From a virus: DNA of 64,000 nt. Numbering within the stretch: the stretch's first letter is position 1; every line of letters begins with the position of its first letter. A program made the position numbers and the translations under genes. The notes under the pieces were generated by a model. That model saw only the letters and a list, made by a program, of their open reading frames with translations, was not told the origin of the DNA and did not search any database. This document shows, piece after piece, positions 58,049-64,000 of the stretch. The stretch spans positions 64,001-128,000 of IMG/VR virus record IMGVR_UViG_3300025769_012879. One strand, written 5' to 3'.

Positions 58049-58507
58049 ATGGTCATTACTGGAAAAGTTATCTGTCTTGCTGTCATGGTTAACACAGCAC
58101 TCTTTAGTCGTGCTGGTACAAATAGTGCTTGTCGTTATAGCAATATTGTTGTAAAAGCGAGTTCTAAATATAAACTGGACCCCTACTTATTAACAGCACT
58201 TATCAAAGTGGAATCTAATTGGAAACCTCATGTTGTTTCACCTGCCGGTGCTTGCGGATTAACCCAGGTCGTTCATAAATACAGCAAATATAATTGTAAG
58301 CAATTAAAAAATCCAAAGATCTCAATTTGGGAGGGTGCTAAAAAATTAAATTACTGGATTTATAAATACGGCAAGGGCAATGTAAAGATCGGATTATGTG
58401 GATATAACGCAGGTTTTCGATGCAAAGGAAAGTCACCCAACAAAAAAGGGTTGACATACGCAAAAAAAGTTGTTACAATAAGCAACAGGTTAAAAAGGAG
58501 AAAATAA
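58049..58507 (+). CDS. SLT-family lytic transglycosylase
   Basis: ALIKVESN, AGACGLTQ, GYNAG. Confidence 0.85.
   Translation: MVITGKVICLAVMVNTALFSRAGTNSACRYSNIVVKASSKYKLDPYLLTALIKVESNWKPHVVSPAGACGLTQVVHKYSKYNCKQLKNPKISIWEGAKKLNYWIYKYGKGNVKIGLCGYNAGFRCKGKSPNKKGLTYAKKVVTISNRLKRRK
58451..58479 (+). promoter_or_regulatory. sigma70 promoter
   Basis: TTGACA-N17-TACAAT. Confidence 0.75.
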
Positions 58508-58508
58508 T

Positions 58509-58745
58509 ATGCGAAACCTATTTCTAATCACAGCAGCACTATCAATGTTACTATTTGGTTGTGGATGCGATGAAAAGAAGGAAAAGAAGGAAGCAGATGT
58601 AGAGGCAGTTACAGATGCGGGAACTTCAAGTGATGCTGAGGCAACACCAGATGCTGGAACACCAGCAGACGCTACAAGCACACCAGATGCAGCAACACCA
58701 GTTGATGCTGTAGTGCTTCCCGGTGATGTAACACCACAAGGTTAA
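58509..58745 (+). CDS. small lipoprotein with TPDA/DAG repeats
   Basis: Lipobox-like LLFGC; low-complexity tail. Confidence 0.7.
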   Translation: MRNLFLITAALSMLLFGCGCDEKKEKKEADVEAVTDAGTSSDAEATPDAGTPADATSTPDAATPVDAVVLPGDVTPQG

Positions 58746-58752
58746 TCACCTT

Positions 58753-58828
58753 TCCGTGATAGTTCAGCAGGTAGAACAAGTGGCTGTTAACCACTGGGTC
58801 GGGGGTTCGAATCCCTCTCACGGAGCCA
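58753..58828 (+). tRNA. tRNA-Asn(GUU)
   Basis: AGTGG-CTGTTAA-CCACT; CCA. Confidence 0.92.
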
Positions 58829-58844
58829 ACTAGGAGAAACTAAA

Positions 58845-59060
58845 ATGGATAGGACCGCAATAGGAAACTTATTTTTAGAAGCAGCAAAGCGTCGTCTTGA
58901 GGCACAAATCAAAGATGCAGAAGCAAAAGTAAATCTCTATCTAACTCAGGCGGTTGGAGTTGGAGAACATCCAGAAATTACAGAAGAAATTATTAAAGCA
59001 GCAGAACAAGGCGCTCACGCTCAAGATGTTTTAAATTTCATCAATAAGCGCTGGAATTGA
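58845..59060 (+). CDS. conserved phage hypothetical protein (VGVGEHP motif)
   Basis: SD AGGAG. Confidence 0.7.
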   Translation: MDRTAIGNLFLEAAKRRLEAQIKDAEAKVNLYLTQAVGVGEHPEITEEIIKAAEQGAHAQDVLNFINKRWN

Positions 59061-59066
59061 TAGAAT

Positions 59067-59141
59067 GCTCCCATAGTTTAGTGGTTAGAACGCTGGGCTT
59101 TCATCCCGGTAGCGAGGGTTCGATTCCCTCTGGGAGTACCA
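59067..59141 (+). tRNA. tRNA-Glu(UUC)
   Basis: CTGGG-CTTTCAT-CCCGG; CCA. Confidence 0.9.
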
Positions 59142-59153
59142 TAAGGAGGCGCA

Positions 59154-59459
59154 ATGATAATGGAATTGCACAGAACAGATGATAAAGTTGATCCGTTTGA
59201 GATGCCAACACAGGGATATGAAATGAATTCAGACAGAAATCAACTAAAAAGTTATTCAGAATTAGTAAATCACCCTGACCATTATAACACTGGAAAGATT
59301 GAGGTTATCGATGCGATTCAGGATTGGGGACTTGACTTTATCGAAGGTAATGTGGTAAAGTATGTAGCAAGGTCAAGGCACAAGTCATCTCGTGTTGGCG
59401 ACCTAAAGAAAGCCAGATGGTATCTGGATTATCTTATTAGACAATTAGAAGGAGAATAA
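59154..59459 (+). CDS. DUF3310 protein (T7 gp1.7-like nucleotide kinase domain)
   Basis: VNHPDHY...IEVID.I....F..GNVVKY..R..K....DLKKARWYL. Confidence 0.85.
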   Translation: MIMELHRTDDKVDPFEMPTQGYEMNSDRNQLKSYSELVNHPDHYNTGKIEVIDAIQDWGLDFIEGNVVKYVARSRHKSSRVGDLKKARWYLDYLIRQLEGE

Positions 59460-59460
59460 A

Positions 59461-59643
59461 ATGTCAGTTAAGGTTTCACTTGAACAAGTAGTTCAGCAAC
59501 TTACAGAGGCACTTGCCGACGCAGAGAAGACCGATAGTGGTAATAAGGCAGCAGGTACTCGTGTACGCAAGGCAGCACAATCAGCAACAAATGCCTTGAA
59601 GGATTTGCGTAAGCAGGTTCTTGAAGTCCGTAACGCCGACTAG
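59461..59643 (+). CDS. Hc1-like histone H1-like nucleoid protein
   Basis: GNKAAGTRVRKA.....LK.LRK motif. Confidence 0.75.
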   Translation: MSVKVSLEQVVQQLTEALADAEKTDSGNKAAGTRVRKAAQSATNALKDLRKQVLEVRNAD

Positions 59644-59672
59644 TGTATAAAGGCAGAGCGGAATACGAACAG

Positions 59673-59707
59673 ATGAGGGACTTTGTTTTGAAAGCAGAGT
59701 CCTTCAT
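59673..59707 (+). terminator. long G:U-containing hairpin upstream of the kinase operon
   Basis: ATGAGGGACTTTGTT / AGCAGAGTCCTTCAT ~15-bp stem; no U-tract. Confidence 0.5.
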
Positions 59708-59721
59708 TCATAAAACAAAGA

Positions 59722-59729
59722 ACTATTTA
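59722..59729 (+). promoter_or_regulatory. putative late promoter for the two-component operon
   Basis: AACTATTTAG, same as upstream of the neck gene (27301). Confidence 0.65.
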
Positions 59730-59757
59730 GTAAAGCAATACAAGAGAATAGTTCTCC

Positions 59758-61011
59758 ATGTTCGTAGATTTTTCATTAAAAAGTAAAATATCATTATTTG
59801 TTTGTATTTTCATTATGTCTTGCTATTTTGTTATGCAAGTCATGTTAGAGGCAGGCGTGCTTCCTTTGACTCACCATGTGATTCACTTTGGAACCGCCTG
59901 CATTTCTTTATTTATCATGCCTTTCGGTGTTATCTTAATGGAGATAATAGGAAGGTATCAAAGCGATAAAGTAAAGAAAAAAGCATTAGAAAGAATTTTA
60001 GATGAATCCTGTCTTGTTTCACGAACAGACCGCCAAGGCAGAATCACAGAAGTAAACGATAAGTTCTGCGAGGTTTCAGGTTATTTAGCACAGGAACTCT
60101 TAGGACAAGACCACAAACTCCTAAACTCAGGTTTACAACCCCGTTCTTATTGGGGAAACATGTATACTGTAACAGTCAAGTACAAATCTATTTGGCATGA
60201 TATTGTGACCAACCGAGCCAAAGATGGTAGTTTATACCATGTAAAGACATGGATTATGGCGAACTTTGATGACCAAGACAAACTCACAGGTTTCCTTTCA
60301 GTTAGACAAGATGTAACCAACCTTGTAGAAACACTACAACAAATTGACAAAAAGAACGACTATCTGGAACATGCCGCAAAGATTTTACGACACGACATGC
60401 ACTCAGGCATCAACACTTATCTACCAAGAGGTATCAAGTCCCTAGAAAGACGCCTAGAAAAGAAACCAGAGGTTGCAAAGCAGTTAAACCTATCCATGCC
60501 CCTAAAACTAATAAAAGACGGTCTGGCGCACACACAGAAGGTTTATAGCGGTGTCTTTGAGTTTACCAACTTGGTTCGCAAAGATGCTTCTCTCAATAGA
60601 AAACCCCACGACACAAAAGAAATTTTGAGAAACTACTTGAGTTTGACTTCTTACTCTGATCAAGTTGTTATTGACGGAAACTTACCAGTTTTGGAAGTAA
60701 ATGAAGCACTTTTCTGCACAGCAATCGATAACATGATTCGCAATGGTCTAAAGTACAACGACTCAAAAACAAAAATGATCATGATCAAAATGGTAGATGA
60801 TGAGACCCTTGCTGTAATAGACAACGGCAGAGGAATGTCTCAAGAAGAATTTGAAGAACTTTCAAAACCTTATCTCAGAAAGCAAGACCAAAAAGAGAAA
60901 GGCACAGGATTAGGACTATCTATTACAACCGCCATTTTAAAAGAGCACGGTTATGAAGTTTCTGCGAAAAAACAAGAAACAGGAACTATGATGAGGATAA
61001 AAATAAAATGA
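59758..61011 (+). CDS. membrane PAS-domain sensor histidine kinase
   Basis: 2 TM; PAS/PAC TD..G.IT.VNDKF..VSGY...ELLG..H..L.SG...W...NRAKDGS.Y; H-box RHDM; N-box NMIRNGLKY; DNGRG; GTGLGL. Confidence 0.92.
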   Translation: MFVDFSLKSKISLFVCIFIMSCYFVMQVMLEAGVLPLTHHVIHFGTACISLFIMPFGVILMEIIGRYQSDKVKKKALERILDESCLVSRTDRQGRITEVNDKFCEVSGYLAQELLGQDHKLLNSGLQPRSYWGNMYTVTVKYKSIWHDIVTNRAKDGSLYHVKTWIMANFDDQDKLTGFLSVRQDVTNLVETLQQIDKKNDYLEHAAKILRHDMHSGINTYLPRGIKSLERRLEKKPEVAKQLNLSMPLKLIKDGLAHTQKVYSGVFEFTNLVRKDASLNRKPHDTKEILRNYLSLTSYSDQVVIDGNLPVLEVNEALFCTAIDNMIRNGLKYNDSKTKMIMIKMVDDETLAVIDNGRGMSQEEFEELSKPYLRKQDQKEKGTGLGLSITTAILKEHGYEVSAKKQETGTMMRIKIK

Positions 61012-61439
61012 TTAACTCTATTCTATTAGTTGATGACGAGAACCTTTTCCATCTTGTCTTTGAGGATGCTTGCTCTCTATTAGACATTACACTAGATTTA
61101 CAGAGCATTTCATCATCAGACGAAGCAGCAAAGATGTTTGAGGATTGGAGAGGACACCCAGAAGATAAACCAGAGTGTGTTTTTGTTGACCTAAACATTA
61201 TTGGTTCATCTTTTGATGGTATTGAACTTATTCGTAAGATTAACTTTGAGTACGGCAACGGAGTTGTTATTGGCATCATCTCATCTTCAACTGACGAATC
61301 AGAAATAACAAAAGCAGTTTCAGCAGGTGCTCAGTTTTGGATTGTAAAGTCAGATGAAATCGAACCACGCCTTGAAGAGTTCCGTAGAGATTATGCGGGG
61401 TACAAAGACAGAAAAGCACCATTCAAGGTCTACAAATGA
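61008..61439 (+). CDS. single-domain response regulator (receiver only)
   Basis: ILLVDD, VFVDLN (phospho-Asp), DGIELI, ISSS, WIVK. Confidence 0.9.
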   Translation: MINSILLVDDENLFHLVFEDACSLLDITLDLQSISSSDEAAKMFEDWRGHPEDKPECVFVDLNIIGSSFDGIELIRKINFEYGNGVVIGIISSSTDESEITKAVSAGAQFWIVKSDEIEPRLEEFRRDYAGYKDRKAPFKVYK

Positions 61440-61993
61440 AACTCTCACAAGAAATGAAGTCGGCATTGTTAGACCTTGCCGAGAAAAGAAATATTTATCT
61501 TGAAGGTAATATTATCAAGGTAATAGACCCTGACAGCGATGAAGAGTTCGCTGGATACCTAACAAAAGCAAAAGAGCAAGACACCGACAACCGAAAGAAA
61601 AGGTTGGAGATAACCAAGCAAGTCCAGCGACAATACAAAGAACTCCTTGAGGAAAAAGAAAAAAATGACACCCTCATGGATGAACTCAAAGAAGCACTTG
61701 GTGCTGCTGAGGAAGCAAAGAAAACAGCACAGAATGACTTAGACGTGCTGCAAAAGCGCACGCAGTTTGAACTCATAGGCAAGATAGTCAATGTTGCTCT
61801 GTGGGTCATTATGGGTGTGGGAGTGACAACTACTGCCCTCTACATGTTCGCTATGATTACGAAGTTTGATACAACTCTAATTGGCAACGCTTGGTCAAAC
61901 TTATTCGGCATCCTTCTCACTAACTCCTTCAGTATTATAGGAACTATCATGGGTGTGAAGTATGCGAGCAACGACTCTAAAGAAAAGACTTGA
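61436..61993 (+). CDS. coiled-coil protein with two C-terminal TM helices (third gene of the kinase operon)
   Basis: ATGA-coupled to the receiver gene. Confidence 0.8.
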   Translation: MKLSQEMKSALLDLAEKRNIYLEGNIIKVIDPDSDEEFAGYLTKAKEQDTDNRKKRLEITKQVQRQYKELLEEKEKNDTLMDELKEALGAAEEAKKTAQNDLDVLQKRTQFELIGKIVNVALWVIMGVGVTTTALYMFAMITKFDTTLIGNAWSNLFGILLTNSFSIIGTIMGVKYASNDSKEKT

Positions 61994-62018
61994 CATAGGA
62001 TCCAAACTAACATATAAT
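61990..62018 (+). promoter_or_regulatory. consensus sigma70 promoter
   Basis: TTGACA-N17-TATAAT overlapping the stop of the kinase operon. Confidence 0.85.
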
Positions 62019-62041
62019 GTGTGCTGCAAGTAGGAGGAAAA

Positions 62042-62497
62042 ATGCTTCTAAAAGTAGCACGAACACACAACATGGCAAAGTTGCCAAGCAGGGCAAATCC
62101 ATCTGACGCAGGTGCAGATGTTTTTTATTGCCCAACAAAAAATGTATTTACTGAATTGCAGCCGGGTGAATCCGCTGTACTTCCAACGGGATTGAAGGTT
62201 GAGGTTCCACATGGATATATGTTAGAGGTCAAGAACCGTTCAGGCATGGCGGCAAAGAATAGTTTGGTTGTCGGTGCTTGTGTTGTTGATTCAGGTTATT
62301 CAGGTGAGATTTTTGTAAATCTACACAACATCGGTAATACGCCAAAGACCATCGACATGGGTGATAAGATTGCACAACTGGTTCTAATTCCAGTTGTTCA
62401 GTGGCGTAGTTTTCCGGTAGCGGAAGAAATGCTTTATGTTGATCCTCTTACGATCTCAGATCGTGGAGATGGAGCATTAGGCAGCACAGGTAAGTAA
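62042..62497 (+). CDS. dut: trimeric dUTPase
   Basis: AGADV, RSG, VVDSGYSGEI, KIAQL, RGDGALGSTG. Confidence 0.93.
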   Translation: MLLKVARTHNMAKLPSRANPSDAGADVFYCPTKNVFTELQPGESAVLPTGLKVEVPHGYMLEVKNRSGMAAKNSLVVGACVVDSGYSGEIFVNLHNIGNTPKTIDMGDKIAQLVLIPVVQWRSFPVAEEMLYVDPLTISDRGDGALGSTGK

Positions 62498-63003
62498 TGA
62501 AAGACATACAGGACTATCTAATAAATTTTATTGAAAAAGAACAAGAAATTTTTAATGGATTTCCTGTATGTCCTTTTGCAAGAAAAGAAAGAATAGAAAA
62601 CAAAATAAAATATGTTGAATGTTCATTTACAAACATCGATACAGAAAAAGTGATAGGCGAGACGCTTGATTGGTTAGAAGGCGACTACTCAACACTTCTA
62701 TATGTTGATAATAGTGATTCAAGTTATATCCAAACAAACCACTTTAATAGATGTATTGATGCTTTAATGGATAAGAAAAATGTAATTACTTTTCTTTTTC
62801 ACAAAGAAAGTAAAAGAAAGTTTGGTGGAATATATACCAGACGATCACCAAGACCATTTATTATGGTCGGATATAAAAAACAGATTGGGAAAAAGAAAAC
62901 CCAACTACTAAAAACAAAATATTACGATAAATTAACAGACAAAGAATATGGTGTCCTGAATTCAAAGGAGAGGAAACGTGGGAAAGATAAAGCAGATAAT
63001 TGA
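62497..63003 (+). CDS. hypothetical protein (PVCPFA, DUF1415-like)
   Basis: Coupled to dut. Confidence 0.55.
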   Translation: MKDIQDYLINFIEKEQEIFNGFPVCPFARKERIENKIKYVECSFTNIDTEKVIGETLDWLEGDYSTLLYVDNSDSSYIQTNHFNRCIDALMDKKNVITFLFHKESKRKFGGIYTRRSPRPFIMVGYKKQIGKKKTQLLKTKYYDKLTDKEYGVLNSKERKRGKDKADN

Positions 63004-63142
63004 AAAAATAAAAACAGACGAGGACCTCACAACACAAGAGGTCTTGACAAAGTACCCAGACCTTGCTATACTATTAGAGCAAGAAGAACAACAGGAGAAA
63101 CTAAATGAATCAAAAGACGGACGAGTTCTTCTCAAAAGTTGA
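62978..63142 (+). CDS. 54-aa hypothetical protein (not in the ORF track)
   Basis: SD GGAGAGG + GTG; MGKIKQIIEK...RVLLKS. Confidence 0.55.
   Translation: MGKIKQIIEKIKTDEDLTTQEVLTKYPDLAILLEQEEQQEKLNESKDGRVLLKS
63044..63072 (+). promoter_or_regulatory. sigma70 promoter
   Basis: TTGACA-N17-TATACT with TG extension. Confidence 0.75.
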
Positions 63143-63335
63143 GAACAAGTATGAAGTCAAAATTGGTCGTGTAAGGCGGTGTCCTATTTGTAAGGCAGAA
63201 GGAACACCAATGCAAGGCAATGGAATGGTTATGGAACATCGAGTAGAGGGTGCTAAGGGTATCGTTTTTCATCGCTGGTCTTATGGCACAGGACGCCTTG
63301 TTCAATACGAATCAAGTGATACAAATGTTTTGTGA
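63105..63335 (+). CDS. hypothetical Zn-finger-like protein
   Basis: CPIC...H...H; SD AGGAG. Confidence 0.6.
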   Translation: MNQKTDEFFSKVENKYEVKIGRVRRCPICKAEGTPMQGNGMVMEHRVEGAKGIVFHRWSYGTGRLVQYESSDTNVL

Positions 63336-63571
63336 TGAATAAAAAAATTACCGTTTTTGTTGATGACTCAGAACAATCGCGTCAGGTTTTAGGTTTTATT
63401 GTAAAAAATGGAATCACTCACGACTTGGTAACAGACCAAGATATCGTGAATAAAATAAAAGAGGCATTAGACTTTGAACCACCGATTATTCTGTGTCATG
63501 ATGAAGACACTAACGAATATTCTATTTTAGAGAATAAAAAAGAATTAATGGAGATTAAAAATGGAAACTGA
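63332..63571 (+). CDS. glutaredoxin-fold-like protein lacking CxxC
   Basis: KITVF.DDSEQS....F....GI...PPII. Confidence 0.4.
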   Translation: MMNKKITVFVDDSEQSRQVLGFIVKNGITHDLVTDQDIVNKIKEALDFEPPIILCHDEDTNEYSILENKKELMEIKNGN

Positions 63572-63833
63572 TAATAGGCAGCAAAAGATGGCAGAGTATA
63601 TTCAATCCCTCGCCGCTATTGAGGATTGTATGCGTCCTTACCGTGAGTCCCGCAAGGAACTACGCAAGAACTTTATTGAGAACGATTGGTTGGATAAGGA
63701 CGAGATTTCCCTTGCAACAAAGGCATATCGTATGTGGGAGCAGCAGATTGACTTTGATGACTTTGCTAAGATTTTTGAAGCAGTAGAGACAAGTTTTATT
63801 GATAAGGAGGATAAGGATGACTCCACTCAATAG
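63561..63833 (+). CDS. small helical DNA-binding-like protein (T4 DsbA/GapR-like, tentative)
   Basis: YI..L..IE......E..KEL pattern. Confidence 0.45.
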   Translation: METDNRQQKMAEYIQSLAAIEDCMRPYRESRKELRKNFIENDWLDKDEISLATKAYRMWEQQIDFDDFAKIFEAVETSFIDKEDKDDSTQ

Positions 63834-64000
63834 GTCCTTGCTTGTAAATGTCTTGGAGCAAGAAGAGGAAAAGCAATCCGCTTTTTATTTGCCTGATGAT
63901 GTTGTAACGGGTACGAAACCGTTTGAGGTTGTGGAGATTGTTGACGTATCCTTAGAATCAAAGTTTGTGGATAAGTTAACTCCAGGCGACAAGATTGTCG
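63817..64000 (+). CDS. groES: GroES-like co-chaperonin (partial, runs off the window)
   Basis: MTPLNRSLLV...AFYLPD...V.......PGDKIV; SD AGGAGG. Confidence 0.7.
   Translation, partial: MTPLNRSLLVNVLEQEEEKQSAFYLPDDVVTGTKPFEVVEIVDVSLESKFVDKLTPGDKIV

Noticed and set aside
59643-59786. 47-aa GTG ORF between the Hc1-like gene and the kinase
   Set aside because: No SD, spans the hairpin and late promoter, overlaps the kinase start; not excluded but unsupported
1-64000. Minus-strand ORFs in the track
   Set aside because: They overlap well-supported + strand genes, lack SDs and motifs, and are antisense shadows
1-64000. Alternative genetic code (stop-codon reassignment)
   Set aside because: Core genes are intact in code 11; TAA, TAG and TGA all end genes at sensible places; no suppressor tRNA seen
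1-64000. CRISPR array, DGR, introns or inteins
   Set aside because: No regularly spaced repeats, no reverse transcriptase, and no interruptions or intein motifs seen in terL, nrdJ, helicase or recA

Overview
This is a 64-kb segment of a large, AT-rich, lytic T4-superfamily-like myovirus, probably a jumbo phage. All credible genes lie on the + strand and use the standard genetic code. Gene order: baseplate/tail-collar-like proteins; RuvC, primase and an Mre11-Rad50 fusion; terminase, portal, prohead protease, ribosomal protein bS21, scaffold and major capsid; neck, sheath, two tube paralogs, a probably frameshifted tail chaperone, tape measure and baseplate; a replication block (compact PolA, divergent tubulin/FtsZ-like protein, SSB, RecA, 5'-3' exonuclease, DnaB, class II RNR); lysis genes; and an accessory region with HNH, TK, ThyX, SLT, an Hc1-like protein, dUTPase, GroES and 7 tRNAs including Ile-UAU. 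Two promoter classes are visible: near-perfect sigma70 sites (TTGACA-N17-TATAAT) and a phage-specific putative late motif, (A/T)CTA(T/A/G)TTA. The most notable element is a self-contained, apparently late-expressed three-gene signalling module at 59758-61993: an Aer/NifL-type PAS histidine kinase, a single-domain receiver and a coiled-coil 2-TM membrane protein. Other candidates are a +1/-2 frameshift in the tail chaperone, a family of capsid-targeting-like leaders (one on a putative RNase), an H-type pseudoknot upstream of the HNH gene, and evidence for a non-Bacteroidota, probably GC-rich host. All calls come from motif recognition by eye; no database searches were run.
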